A stretch of DNA of 64,000 bases from Candidatus Rariloculus sp. (GCF_965263005.1 NZ_OZ253579.1:1911399-1975398), one strand, 5' to 3'; numbered from the stretch's first letter, positions 40,603 through 51,897 are shown. Notes: generated by a model from the sequence alone, not told the origin. Translations and numbers: made by a program.

Positions 40603-42120
40603 CTACTCTCGGGCTACGAGGACTTGAGGGCCCGGACTGCGAGATGCCTCAGGCAGAGGGACAGCCTCCAGTGGGGGTATCCCACGCCGTGGTTTCGATG
40701 CAATCTCCCGCAGCCGCTCTTCCGCCGATTGCATTTGACCCGGACCGATTTCGAGTTTCGCGAACTCGAAGTTGTAACCGTTCAGAATGTCAATCCATGA
40801 CAACTCATGGAACGCCCAAGGGGTCGTTTTCAACCTGTTCGCATCACTTGGCATCTCTTTTGCGTATAGGGCAAGGCGATGCTCCAGTCGCTCGGAATAC
40901 GCCCTGGAGGTTTGGTACTTCCAAAACTCACTGTCCCGACGTGCCGACAGCTTGTAGTGCGCATCGATAAAATCGTGCACGTCGTAGACATATCCAAGCA
41001 TATTGAAATTGTATTTCGCACTCGTATCTTCGTCGTAGTATCGCGCAGCGAGGGATTCGTACAGCGACTGACCGCTCGTGAGGGTCCAATTCAAACCGGT
41101 TGCCTCCAGCGGCTCGACGAAGCCCGCACTCAGACCAATCGATACAACGTTCTCGACCCAGGGATTGCGAAGCGTGGCGCTGTCGAAGTGTATGTGCTTG
41201 ACTTCGACGTCTCTCATTCTCTCCATGCCCCAATGTTCTCTGAAGTCCCTTTCAGCTTGATCCGCCGAGCAGAAGTCGCCGTGATACACGTAACCGCTGC
41301 CGATTCTCGACTGAAGGGGGATCGACCACGTCCAACCGTGCTTGTGAGCATGTGCGCCTGTGTACGGAGTAAGCTCCTTCTCAATATTCACATAGGGCAC
41401 TTGAGCTGCGACGGCGCGATTGACGTTCGCCTCGTACCGCGCGATATCCGGCGTAGCCACATGCTTGTGAATCGCACGTGCGAAGCCGCTGCAATCGATA
41501 TAGAGATCGGCTTTCACCGTTCTTGAACCATCAAGGACTATGCAGGCGACCCGACCATCCTCGACTTTCACGTCAAGGTCGTCCGCTTCCAGCACTTCGA
41601 CTTCAGTGAGATGGCGTTCCAAATACTCTGTGATTTTGCGCGCGTCGACGTGGAAAGCGACCGCTGACTCTGGGGCCACCTGATTTTTCTTGATGCACGT
41701 TTCGTAGGACGTATGAACTGATTTGTAGTATCGCGTGTGTCTATATTCCCTGGCTCGCAAAATCATCTGCTGGTAGTGATGAGCCACGGAGTAGTAAGAG
41801 GCCGGGCTGGTGGACGTTCCCAGGTCCAAATCCGAGAACGGGTGCCAATAATGCTTGCCTACGACATTCCAGTCCGTGTAGAAGATGCCGCACTTCATCG
41901 TGGCATCGCAGGTCTCGTAAAAGGCCGGCAGATCGATACGCGCGGCTTGCAATAGCAGCATGAAGTCGCTTTGTGTCGATTCGCCAACACCGATCGGGGA
42001 GCCGCGGCTGGGGCGGATAAGCCGGATTTTGAGAAAGCCGCAATAGGTGTGCAGTGCGAGCGCAGTGAGCCATCCGGCCGAGCCGGCGCCCACGATCGTC
42101 ACTGAATCAACCGCCTTCAC
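40603..42120 (-). CDS. Flavin-dependent halogenase (tryptophan halogenase family)
   Basis: GAGSAG, IGVGEST, catalytic Lys in DATMKCGI, WTWSIPL, FVEPLEATGL. Confidence 0.9.
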   Translation of the reverse strand: MKAVDSVTIVGAGSAGWLTALALHTYCGFLKIRLIRPSRGSPIGVGESTQSDFMLLLQAARIDLPAFYETCDATMKCGIFYTDWNVVGKHYWHPFSDLDLGTSTSPASYYSVAHHYQQMILRAREYRHTRYYKSVHTSYETCIKKNQVAPESAVAFHVDARKITEYLERHLTEVEVLEADDLDVKVEDGRVACIVLDGSRTVKADLYIDCSGFARAIHKHVATPDIARYEANVNRAVAAQVPYVNIEKELTPYTGAHAHKHGWTWSIPLQSRIGSGYVYHGDFCSADQAERDFREHWGMERMRDVEVKHIHFDSATLRNPWVENVVSIGLSAGFVEPLEATGLNWTLTSGQSLYESLAARYYDEDTSAKYNFNMLGYVYDVHDFIDAHYKLSARRDSEFWKYQTSRAYSERLEHRLALYAKEMPSDANRLKTTPWAFHELSWIDILNGYNFEFAKLEIGPGQMQSAEERLREIASKPRRGIPPLEAVPLPEASRSPGPQVLVARE

Positions 42121-42283
42121 GATTTTAAGCCGTCAGCTTGGAAGTTTGGATTAGACAGGGGTTCCGATTTTAGCGGATTAGTGGTTGGCCAGCTATTACG
42201 CCGACGATGGCGGCATGGGCGCAAGGTGCGAACGGTCGCGGGGATTCCGGTATTATCAGGCAAACTCGAACGACTACGTTGCC

Positions 42284-43714
42284 ATGTCAGTTGACCTGTT
42301 TTTCGCCGTACCGCTCGTGGTCCAGGATGTCGAGCCGGCGGTCCGCGATGCCATCCAGGCCAAGGTATCTGCCTACCTCGAATCCGAAAGCGCCAAGCGA
42401 GACATCGCGCCCTCGCCTGAGGAGTCGGTAGAAACGTCCTACCATCGGCCCGAAGCTTCGATCCTCGCCGATGCGCAGCTTGAGGAGTTCGAAACCATCG
42501 TCATCGGCACGGCGAAAGACTATATCGAGCGAACTCTGAAGCTGCCGCCGCGCCACATTGAGATCGAGCGCGCCTGGATAAACGTCTTCGAGCCCGGCGC
42601 GCAGGAGGGCCAGCATGCGCATGACGGAAGCCTCCTGTCGTGCAGCTACTACGTCGAAGCGCCCGCGGATTGCGGGTGCATCGTGTTTCCCGACCCGATC
42701 GGTGCCCGGCGCAGCTACCGGGAGTTCACGAACACCGCCGGAAACGACGTGCTCACGCGGCGCGAAATCGCCGTCGAGGTGCAGCCGGGCCGCCTGGTCA
42801 TGTTCGAGTCGTGGATGCCGCATTACGTCCAGTGCAACAAAAGCGACAAAGTCAGGATTTCCATTGCGATTAACCTGCGCCAGGCTTCCGCCCGGGTTGT
42901 GGCGGCTCCGACTGCAACAGACAGCCCACCTGCTTCCGATCGATCCCTCGACGCGCATAAAGGCAGCGTGCCGGCCCCGCTGTCGGCGAGTTCCGAGGCG
43001 AGGCCGTTCCTGTTCAATGAACTGTTCGACGTCCACCCCAATCTCACCATGAAGACGGAGTCGATCGAGGGCACGGTCCCGGTGGTCATGATCGACGATT
43101 TTCTCAAGGACCCGGAGCGGGCGCGGGAAGTCGTGAGCACCGCTCCCGCGGCGAACTGGAAGCACGAGGAGGGCGGACGCAACTTCGTCGATTACTACGA
43201 TTGCCGGCTCCGCTTTCCGATTCGGTTTCCCAACAGCATGGTCGCCGTCGCACAGCAAGCCATCGCGAAAGTCTCATCAAACAAGACACGGCCGCAGAAC
43301 CCGAGCGTCGACGTGAACTGGTTCATGCAGATCAACGAGAAACGCGGTGATTTCGCCGTTCCCCATTGCGACATGACCGAGAATGTTGGCCGGTCGTTCA
43401 CTTGCATCGTTTTTCTCAACCGGAGCGACGAGTGCTCCGGCGGCACTGCTTTCTTCAGATTCAAGAGATCGAACTCGCTCGTGTTCGACGAAGCGTACGC
43501 CCGCGCCTTGCAGCAGGATTCGAGGATTGGGGAAACCGGGAGAGACTACTGGCCGGACAATCCCGATGGTTTTTGGGAAATGGTGGGCACGGTCGACATG
43601 GTGCCGGGCCGTTTGCTGATCTTTCCATCCGAGTACTTTCACGCCGCCTACCACCCGCTGGACTCGTTCTACAAGTTTCCGCGATTGACGCTCGCGTTTT
43701 GGATGGTTTGCTGA
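42284..43714 (+). CDS. Fusion of a TIGR02466-type oxygenase and a DUF6445-like 2OG-Fe(II) oxygenase
   Basis: N-domain HAHDGSLLSCSYYV..FESWMPH..RISIAIN; Pro/Ser/Ala linker; C-domain IDDFLKDP, PHCD, GGTAFF, YFHAAY, RLT. Confidence 0.8.
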   Translation: MSVDLFFAVPLVVQDVEPAVRDAIQAKVSAYLESESAKRDIAPSPEESVETSYHRPEASILADAQLEEFETIVIGTAKDYIERTLKLPPRHIEIERAWINVFEPGAQEGQHAHDGSLLSCSYYVEAPADCGCIVFPDPIGARRSYREFTNTAGNDVLTRREIAVEVQPGRLVMFESWMPHYVQCNKSDKVRISIAINLRQASARVVAAPTATDSPPASDRSLDAHKGSVPAPLSASSEARPFLFNELFDVHPNLTMKTESIEGTVPVVMIDDFLKDPERAREVVSTAPAANWKHEEGGRNFVDYYDCRLRFPIRFPNSMVAVAQQAIAKVSSNKTRPQNPSVDVNWFMQINEKRGDFAVPHCDMTENVGRSFTCIVFLNRSDECSGGTAFFRFKRSNSLVFDEAYARALQQDSRIGETGRDYWPDNPDGFWEMVGTVDMVPGRLLIFPSEYFHAAYHPLDSFYKFPRLTLAFWMVC

Positions 43715-43817
43715 TCAGTGACGCCCAGATCGGTCACTTGACCAAGGGTACCGCCCGGCTTGCGTGAGCTCGATCGCGGCATGGCGCGAGCGGGCAGCAG
43801 ACAGGTAGGATTCCCGG

Positions 43818-44678
43818 ATGGATTCACAGTTACGACAGGCGAGTCCGCTGGTAGTCATCGGTATGCACCGGTCAGGCACACGGCTGCTTGCGCAAATCCT
43901 GGACAAGCTCGGCGTTTTCATGGGTGCCGACCGGCAGGCCGACGCCGAGTCGGTCACGTTCATGCTGATCAACGAGGGGATTCTTCATCAGTGCGGTGCG
44001 TTTTGGTCCGAGCCCATGTCGGCACATTTTGTGCTCTCCCAGCCGGACTTTGTGGAACGCCTGGCCGCGAGCGCCCGTGAGACACTGGCCGCACAGCTTC
44101 CGAATTACTCGGGCCGATCGGGCTGGCATCCCGGACCAACCGCAGCGCAAACCCCGCCCTTCGGTTGGAAGGATCCCCGCAACACGTTCACGTTACCGGT
44201 CTGGCGGCAGGTCTTCCCGAACCTGAGAGCCATCAACGTCACGCGCAACGGCGTAGACGTCGCAGCGAGTCTGGCACGCCGGCAGTCAGAGGCTTTGCGG
44301 TCGGCGACCGGCGAGTCGGTCCCTTCGGCGCTGACCGTCATCCAGGATCACGCGTTAGGCGTCTTGTCGTCGCGTAGAGGTTGGACGCTGCCTGAGGCGT
44401 TCACCATGTGGGAGCAATACGTCGAAAAGGCGCGCCAGGAATCAGCCGAGCTGGGCGACCGGGCTTTGGAGATCCGGTTCGAAGACCTGCTGATGCAACC
44501 GGAGGAGGTCGTGCCTACGGTCGCGCAGTTCTGCGGCGTCCCGTCGCCTGAAGAGCGCGGTGCCATGCTCGAGCTCATCAAGTCCGGTCGCGCATTCGCC
44601 TTTCGGCGGGACCCGGAACTCGCGGCCTTTGCCGAAACGGTGCGAGAAATTCTTCAGCGTCACGGCTATTCACCCTAG
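43818..44678 (+). CDS. Sulfotransferase family protein
   Basis: 5'-PSB loop IGMHRSGT, GWKDPR, 3'-PB R.GVDVAASL, RFEDLL..P. Confidence 0.88.
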   Translation: MDSQLRQASPLVVIGMHRSGTRLLAQILDKLGVFMGADRQADAESVTFMLINEGILHQCGAFWSEPMSAHFVLSQPDFVERLAASARETLAAQLPNYSGRSGWHPGPTAAQTPPFGWKDPRNTFTLPVWRQVFPNLRAINVTRNGVDVAASLARRQSEALRSATGESVPSALTVIQDHALGVLSSRRGWTLPEAFTMWEQYVEKARQESAELGDRALEIRFEDLLMQPEEVVPTVAQFCGVPSPEERGAMLELIKSGRAFAFRRDPELAAFAETVREILQRHGYSP

Positions 44679-44774
44679 CGCGCGGCCAAAGGCATTTCAG
44701 CGGTCCGTATGGGGTAGACGGAAATCGCAGACAGGAGTAAGTTGGTCGAAAGCCCCATCATGGAGATGGCTGCA

Positions 44775-45095
44775 ATGAGTCCGTTGAAAGTCAGTCTGAT
44801 GCTGGCCATGGCGCTCGCGGCAGGGTGCGCGTCCGCCCCCGAGGAACTGACCGCAAGTACCAGCCCGCCGGCCGTCGCCGCGGTCGCAGACGAAATCGAT
44901 CCCGTTGTGGTGAGCATCGAAGAGATCAACATCCCTCCAGGCAGCGTTATCAGGTGTCGAGAAATGCTGAAGCGCGGATCGAACGTGATCGTCCCAATCT
45001 GTATGTCGCGGGACGCCTGGAAGCGGTACGAGCGCGAGGAGGCACGAGAGGCGGCGGCATTCGTCCGCATGCTGCAGGGCAGCGCATTCCGCTAG
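44775..45095 (+). CDS. Small lipoprotein
   Basis: Lipobox LAAGC; CREMLKRGSNVIVPIC Cys pair. Confidence 0.65.
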   Translation: MSPLKVSLMLAMALAAGCASAPEELTASTSPPAVAAVADEIDPVVVSIEEINIPPGSVIRCREMLKRGSNVIVPICMSRDAWKRYEREEAREAAAFVRMLQGSAFR

Positions 45096-45222
45096 CGGCC
45101 TGTTGAAACAGGCCTGGTTCGGGATAATCCTGCCGCGCGGAGCGACGAGGACAAGGCACGCGGGGCTGTGATCGCTGTGCCTCCGATCGTCCGCCCGGAC
45201 GCTGCCGGACGTCGTCGCTCGT

Positions 45223-48200
45223 TTGCCCTGTAGTCGGCTCTCGGCCTCCGGCGGAGCGATTCTGAGCGTGGCGCTCGCAGTCGGGCCTGCGACTCCGGCC
45301 GCGGCACAGGACGACGTGCTGGAGGAGGTCACGGTTACCGGATCGCGCATTCGGCGCCAGGACTTCACCGCGAACTCGCCGATCCAGACAGTCGACGAGC
45401 AACTTTTCGATGAGACGACCTCGATCGGCGTCGAGACGATTCTGAACCGGCTGCCCCAATTCGTCCCGGCTGTCACTCAGTTCACGACCACCGTGGGCGC
45501 ATCTACGGTGAGTCTGCGGGGCCTTGGCCCGAACCGGAACCTCATCCTGATCAACGGCCGGCGGGCCATGCCGGTCAACGCGACGATGGTCGTCGATACC
45601 AACTCGATCCCCTCCGCGGCAATCCAGAGCGTCGAAGTGATCTCGGGCGGCGCGTCTGCCGTGTACGGTGCCGACGCCGTCGTCGACGCGCTGTTTGACC
45701 AGGTTAATCCCATGGCCGGGTCCGGCATAACTTCCGTCGGGGCCATTGCAGGCGCCGGGGGCGTGTCGAGCAATGTCGAATCCGTTCGTTACCTCGTGAA
45801 CCGGAACTCAGGCACCCTCTACACGGGGCTCATGAATGCCAACGGCAGGAACGGTTCGTACCGTTACGAAGGCCCATACATCGACGACCACGACGGCAAC
45901 TTCCCGGGCCTGCCCTTCCGCGTACTGCAACCGGACGGCACGATCAAGGAAAACAACTTCTGGCAGTGGGCATCGACGCCGCTAGAGCGGCTCTCGGGGT
46001 TCGCTGACGGCCATTTCGACGTCGCCGATGACGTTCGGATCACGGCCCAGGCCATGGTCACGCGTACCGAGACCGCGACGAGTCTCGGGCTCACGGCAGA
46101 CAACATCACGATTTGGGGTGCGCCGATACCGTTCGGCAACGAAATCTACCGCAGCAACGATAACCTTCACCTCAACGTTCCCGATTCGCTGATCGACGTC
46201 AATGGGAACGGGATCGCCGACGCTGGCGACATGACAAACTCGGCGTATACCATCGGCGGCCGATTCAACGTCGAGTGCGATGCGCAGCCGACTGCGGCCA
46301 TGCCGTGGCTCGACGGCATGCCTGGATGTACCGAGTCCGAGGCCTGGCCGACGACGCCTGAAATCTGGAACCTCTTCAGCACCAGACCGGACCCGGAGAT
46401 GGACCTCTGGGCGAACCGCCCGCCCGACTACCTCAGGGACGCGATCGGCGCCGCGCGGTCGAGCCTGAATACCCTGACGACGATGAACTTCTCCCTCGGT
46501 GCCGAAGGCGAGCTGTCGAGCGGCAACGATTTCTGGGACGTCACGTTTTCAACCGGGCGCACGGATAACATCATCATTCAGCGCGGTTCGTCGAGAATCA
46601 GCACCGATCGGGCGATGATGTCGTTCCCGAACTACGGCCGCAACGCAATCTTCGATCCGAACCCGTTTGTTGCAGGCTTCGCCGAGAGTATTCCTGTTTG
46701 CACGTCGGGCTTCCCGATCATCGACACTCGAAAATTGTCCGAGGATTGTGCGACGATGTTCTCGCCGGATCTGAAGAACACCAACCAGGTCACTCAGTCG
46801 ATTCTCGAGGCCAATCTCGTTGGCGACCTGATCGAGATGCCGGCCGGACCGCTCGCATATGCAGCCGGTTACACATATCGCGAGAACAGCTACGTGTTCG
46901 AGCCGGATAACCTGAGCGACAACCAGAACCTCGTCGATCCGATCGCGGGCCTGTTCCCGAACGAGGACAGCAGCGGCGAGTTCGACGTTTCGGAGATTTA
47001 CGGCGAACTCCTGATTCCGATTGTCAGCAACGGGCCTACCGGCATCCAGCACTTCAACATCGAACTCGGCGCCCGTGTCTCTGACTGGAGCATCCCTCAG
47101 GTCTCGAGTCTGACAACGTACAAGGCTCTGATCGACTGGGCGATCACGCCGCGCTACCGAGTCCGCGGTGGCTTCAATCGCGCTTTCCGGGCGCCGAACC
47201 TGGGCGAGCTCTTCATCGGGCGAACGCAGATTTTCGGTGGCGGCGGCACGGTTTTTGGCGACCACTGCTCGCAGAACCAGAACAGCCCGTCGTCTTACGG
47301 CGCCACGCCGGCCGCCAACGCGTCTGCGGCGCAGAATGCGCAGACACTGGCGATCTGCAGGGCTCTCATGGGCGACTCGGGCGCTTTCGAGTATTACGAC
47401 GCCCGTCCGCTTGCTGATCAACCTGACGGCGGCGGTCTCGGCATCCGCAACAGCTTCGGCCAGCCCAACCTCAGCGAAGAGCAGGCCGATACGTTCACAC
47501 TCGGCGTGGTCATGGACTTCCACGACAACTTCACCCTCACGGTCGACTACTACAAGATCGAGATCGAGGAGATGATCGCGCTCGAGACCGCCGACTCCAC
47601 GTATGAGCGCTGCCTGAGCATGGCGTTCAACCCGACCGGGGATGCGAATTCACGTGCCTGTCACCAGATCTTCAGAAGGCCGAGCACCGGCAACGCCGCT
47701 AACATCGATTCCTCGTTCACGAATGAGGGCCGGGCGGTGATGGCGGGTGTCGATTTCCAGCTCAACTGGACGAAGGAACTCGCTAACGGCGGGTTTGCCA
47801 TGAACACGGTCGCGAATTACAACCTCGAATCCACCACGCAGGATAGGCCGGCGCTCGCCGAGAGAGATCACTCCGGCTACAATAGTTGCGCGCTGCAGAT
47901 TCAGTGTCAGCGCTACGACTACCGCGTATTCACGACCTTCAGCTACTTCACGGGGCCCTGGACCGTATCGCTCAGGCACCAGTACTGGCCGAGCCTGGAC
48001 GATGCAGACTGTCGTGCGAACCGCATGGCGAAAGACTGCATGTACGACGGTTTCCCGAGCTACGGTCTCTTCGCGCTGACGGCAGGCTACACGTTCCAGG
48101 ACAGGTACCGGGTGAATCTCGGAGTCGAAAACCTGCTCGACGACGTGCCGCCGTGCCGAGCGTACGATCCCGACGCGAACGGTGGGCGGTTCGCTAGGGA

Positions 48201-48279
48201 CTGCAATCGGGGCTCGGGAAGCGCGGTGTACGACCCGCTCGGTCGGCGCTTCTTCGTGAGCCTCTCGATGGAATTCTGA
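45223..48279 (+). pseudogene. TonB-dependent receptor copy 2 with in-frame internal deletions
   Basis: Collinear with copy 1 but lacks DVQQTATNT and the segment from GGVVNFILK through the first barrel strands (junction 45681/45682); no convincing start or RBS. Confidence 0.75.
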
Positions 48280-48300
48280 ACACCGCAAACGTTGAAGTCC

Positions 48301-48330
48301 TGGCGGCGGGCGTGAGCCCGCCGCTTTTTT
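48301..48330 (+). terminator. Intrinsic terminator homologous to the one after receptor copy 1
   Basis: GCGGCGGGC-gtga-GCCCGCCGC followed by TTTTTT. Confidence 0.85.
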
Positions 48331-48412
48331 ACACGCCCCGCGTCGCCGGTTCGCGACGATTCGAGTTGCGACGAAGCGAGTATTATCCGGCGAGTCGAAC
48401 GAATAAACCGCA

Positions 48413-48645
48413 ATGCCAGTCGACCTCTTCTTTTCCGTGCCGATCCTCGTCCACGACGTCGAGGCGAAAGTGCGCGACGTTATCCGCGCCAAGGTGTCCG
48501 CCTAACTTGAATCCGAGCCCGCAAGGGAGGTCATTGCGCCGTCGCCCGAAGAGTCGGTGGTGACGTCCTACTACCGGCCAAAGGCGTCGATACTGGTCGA
48601 CGCCGACCTCAAGGAACTCGAGCAGGTTGTTGTCGGCGCCGGGTT
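48413..48645 (+). pseudogene. Truncated paralog of the 42284 oxygenase with a nonsense mutation
   Basis: MPVDLFFSVP...AKVSA*LESE...IAPSPEESV aligns with MSVDLFFAVP...AKVSAYLESE...IAPSPEESV; TAC>TAA at 48503. Confidence 0.85.
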
Positions 48646-48803
48646 TCCCGGCCGCTTCGACCGGAACCGCAGATGACCGACGGGCCATGGCGACAGTCGA
48701 GCGAGTCCGCATCCGCGCCGTGCCTGCCGAATGCTATAGTCTGACGGATCGACTGCGGTCCGACCGGCGGGCTCGGTAGTCGAGTAAGTACTTCAGGGCA
48801 CCG

Positions 48804-50072
48804 ATGGCGACGATCTCATTCGCACTGCATCCGACACTGAAGGCGACGGCCCGAATCCTCGTGCTCACCGCTGTCGCTGCGCCCTTTTCAGCGTTCCCGC
48901 AGCCGGCGCCCGAGGCCGATTCCGGAGATGCGCTGCGAACAACCGCCGAGGAGACACTCCAGACGCTGCCACTGGCCGGTGCCGATGCCAGAGACCTGAT
49001 CGGTCCGCAGTTGGCGGCTGCTCTGCGTTACGAGGAAAACGGAGTCCATGATCTGGCGATCGTGGTCATCGAAGAGGCATTGCAAATCGTCCGGAGCGCC
49101 TACGGTCTGTATTCTCTTGAGCAGGCGCCGCTGCTCCAGCGGTTGATCGTCAACGAGGAAGCAAGAGGGAATGTCGCGCGGGCCTGGGGTCTGGAGCAGG
49201 AGTTGCTTGTTCTCGCGAGGCGCCATCCCGACGACTTGCGGATCGTCCCGGTGCTGCGCGAGGTCGCCGACAGGCGGATGCTAATCCTTCGACGGTATGT
49301 CGGTGGCGAATTCCCTCCAGAAATCGTTCTCGGGTGTTATTACTCCTCGGGTCGGCGAGCGACTGGTCGGAACTGCCGGTCCGGAAGCCGAAGTGCAGTG
49401 GTTGGCAACATCCTTGCCGAGGCCCGCCGCCACTACACCGACGCGATCCAGATCGTTCTCCGACAAGAGCTCGACGTCGCCATCGATGAGCTTCGTGAGC
49501 TCGATATGGCGCTCGTCCGCACAAGCTATCGCTATGGCCACTACCTTGGCTCCTACGAAATCGGCAGACGCAGCCTCGTTCGTCTCGCTGCAACGGACCG
49601 CATGAATTCAGAGCCGTTGCTGACCCGCGTAACCTCGCTGCTTGGCTTGATCGACTGGGAACTTCTGTTTGTCGACGGCGCCAACCGCAAGAGTCGCGAC
49701 GCACGCAACGAGGGGGTGCTCGAGAGATACGAGGAAGCACATGAGCTGCTTGTGCAGGGCGGCACGCCGCAAGCATCGATCGATGCGCTGTTCTCGCCGC
49801 CAACACCGATTGTGCTGCCAACGTTTTTGCCCAACCCTTTGGCATCACATGAGACGCAGGCATCGCCCCGATACATCGATGTCGCATTTGTGATTACCAG
49901 GCATGGCGAGAGTGACCAGATCGAGATACTCGACTCGTCGATGAACGCCACCGAGGCTCAGAAGGACGAGCTGTTCCGCCTGATCGAGACCAGCAGATTT
50001 CGGCCCAGAGCGACGGACGGTCAATTCGCCGATACGTCCCCGGTTGTCGTGCGCTACCATTTGAACGAGTGA
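48804..50072 (+). CDS. Exported helical/TPR-like protein with TonB C-terminal-like domain
   Basis: Signal-like N-terminus; GLYSLEQ.PLL; C-terminal IDVAFVITRHG...IEIL...RFRP...GQ. Confidence 0.6.
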   Translation: MATISFALHPTLKATARILVLTAVAAPFSAFPQPAPEADSGDALRTTAEETLQTLPLAGADARDLIGPQLAAALRYEENGVHDLAIVVIEEALQIVRSAYGLYSLEQAPLLQRLIVNEEARGNVARAWGLEQELLVLARRHPDDLRIVPVLREVADRRMLILRRYVGGEFPPEIVLGCYYSSGRRATGRNCRSGSRSAVVGNILAEARRHYTDAIQIVLRQELDVAIDELRELDMALVRTSYRYGHYLGSYEIGRRSLVRLAATDRMNSEPLLTRVTSLLGLIDWELLFVDGANRKSRDARNEGVLERYEEAHELLVQGGTPQASIDALFSPPTPIVLPTFLPNPLASHETQASPRYIDVAFVITRHGESDQIEILDSSMNATEAQKDELFRLIETSRFRPRATDGQFADTSPVVVRYHLNE

Positions 50073-50136
50073 CAAGACCGCTAAAGCGCGAGATGCCGCC
50101 TGAGCGGTGACGCCGGGGCGTACCGCTTGAGGCGTG

Positions 50137-51897
50137 TTATCGGTTCGTGCACCACTTGTGCCACATCGCCCTGTAAACGGCCTCGAGGCCGCGGGCGAAT
50201 CCACGCGAATCCATGGCAGGTGAGCTTTCCAGACGGGCGCGGAGTTCGCGCCGTAGCGCAGCGAGTCCATCGGCGTCGCCGATCAGGCGCGCCGCCAGAT
50301 CGACATACTGCTCCGGGCTCCGGCTGATCAGCTCACCAAGGCCGATGTTGGCAAGCAGGCTCGATCCGCCGCGCGACACGGCCGTGCGGCCGGCCAGCGT
50401 GACGACCGGCACGCCCATCCACAGTGCATCGCACGTTGTCGTACCGCCGCCGAATGGGATGGGGTCAAGTGCCACATCGATCTCGCGATAGGTTTGGAGG
50501 TAGTCTTCGAAGGGCTGCCGCCCGACGAACTCCGCGCGCGATTCCCCCACGCCCGCTCGATTCAGAAACCCGCGCACGCGTTCGCAATGCTGCTCGGAGC
50601 GCGCGTAAAGCAGCAGCCGCGCTTCCGGCACGCGCTGCAATAGCTGCATCCACAGTTCGAGCGTCGGGTTCGTGACCTTGGCGAAATTGTTCAGGCAGCC
50701 GAAGGTCAGCGGTCCGGGCCGCCGCTCGCTGGACGGCAAGCTCTCGGGCGGCAGCGCCGGTGCCGAATAGCACCAGTAACAGTCGGGCAACCAGACCGAG
50801 CGTTCGAAGTAATGGCTCGCGTCTTCGCCGGGCGGATCGAGACACCGGTCGGTCAATCGATAGTCGATCGCGTCCACGCCCGTTGTGCTGCAATAGGCGA
50901 GATAAGTGACCTGAACCGGCGCGGGTTTGCGCGCGAAAACGAGCAGCCGGTTGCGCCCCGAATGGGCTGCGAGGTCCACGAGAATGTCGATCCCGTCGTC
51001 ACGGACCTGGTCCGCGAGTTGCCCGTCGGTCAGGACAGCGACGTCCCGCCACCGGTCGACGTGCTTGCGGATCAGCTTCGTGACTTCGTCTTGCCGCGTA
51101 ACGTCGTGGTAGGCGCAGACTTCCAATTGCCGCCTGTCATGGTTCTCAAGCAGCGGCAGGATGAAACGCGCCACGGGATGTTCGCGAAAGTCCGGCGACA
51201 CGTAGCCGACGCGCAGCCGCCGTCCGGGATCGGGATCGTTGCGATGCGCGCGGCGCTCGAAGGCGAGCGGCACGACGTGCCGCTCGGCCCATTGCCGATG
51301 CTCGCGCGCAATATCCGCCGGTGAATAGTCGGGATGGTAATGGAGCGTCAGCAGCAGATTGCTGTGCAGCGACGACATGTCCGGGCGCAGTGCAATGGCG
51401 CGCCGATAGGCGGCGATTGCCTCGCCGAGCTCGCCCCGATCCTTGAGCACATTGCCGAGGTTGGTATGCGGCTCCGCGTATTGCGGGTTCAGCTTGATCG
51501 CCTTTCGGTAATGTGCCTCGGCTTCGGCCAGGTGACCCTGCCCTTCGCGGAGGCGTCCCAGGTTGTTTAACGGCTCAGCGTCTCCGGGGCCGAGTTCGAT
51601 GGCCGCCTCATAGGCTCGCGCGGCGTCGTCGACACGTCCCAGACGCTCGAGGACCTGGCCGAGGTTGTTCCGATAGACGGCTCCGTCGGGCCGAAGGTCC
51701 ACCGCCCGTTGAATCAACGTGAGCGCCGGCTCGGGATTGCCGGTTTGCAGCGCAATGATGCCGAGCAAGTGCAGGGAATCGGGATGCTGCGGCTGCATCT
51801 GCAGTATCTTTCGGTAGCCTTGTTCCGCCTCGGCCAGGCGGCCGGACTGGTGGTGCCGCAACGCGAGCGCGAAAGCCTCGTCGACGCTCAGCGACAT
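50137..51897 (-). CDS. TPR plus GT41 (OGT/SPINDLY-like) glycosyltransferase
   Basis: About five TPRs; HSNLL, RLRVGYVSPDFREHPV, IDILVDLAAH, RKPAPVQVTYLAY, LNNFAK, GGTTTCDALWMGVPV. Confidence 0.92.
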   Translation of the reverse strand: MSLSVDEAFALALRHHQSGRLAEAEQGYRKILQMQPQHPDSLHLLGIIALQTGNPEPALTLIQRAVDLRPDGAVYRNNLGQVLERLGRVDDAARAYEAAIELGPGDAEPLNNLGRLREGQGHLAEAEAHYRKAIKLNPQYAEPHTNLGNVLKDRGELGEAIAAYRRAIALRPDMSSLHSNLLLTLHYHPDYSPADIAREHRQWAERHVVPLAFERRAHRNDPDPGRRLRVGYVSPDFREHPVARFILPLLENHDRRQLEVCAYHDVTRQDEVTKLIRKHVDRWRDVAVLTDGQLADQVRDDGIDILVDLAAHSGRNRLLVFARKPAPVQVTYLAYCSTTGVDAIDYRLTDRCLDPPGEDASHYFERSVWLPDCYWCYSAPALPPESLPSSERRPGPLTFGCLNNFAKVTNPTLELWMQLLQRVPEARLLLYARSEQHCERVRGFLNRAGVGESRAEFVGRQPFEDYLQTYREIDVALDPIPFGGGTTTCDALWMGVPVVTLAGRTAVSRGGSSLLANIGLGELISRSPEQYVDLAARLIGDADGLAALRRELRARLESSPAMDSRGFARGLEAVYRAMWHKWCTNR

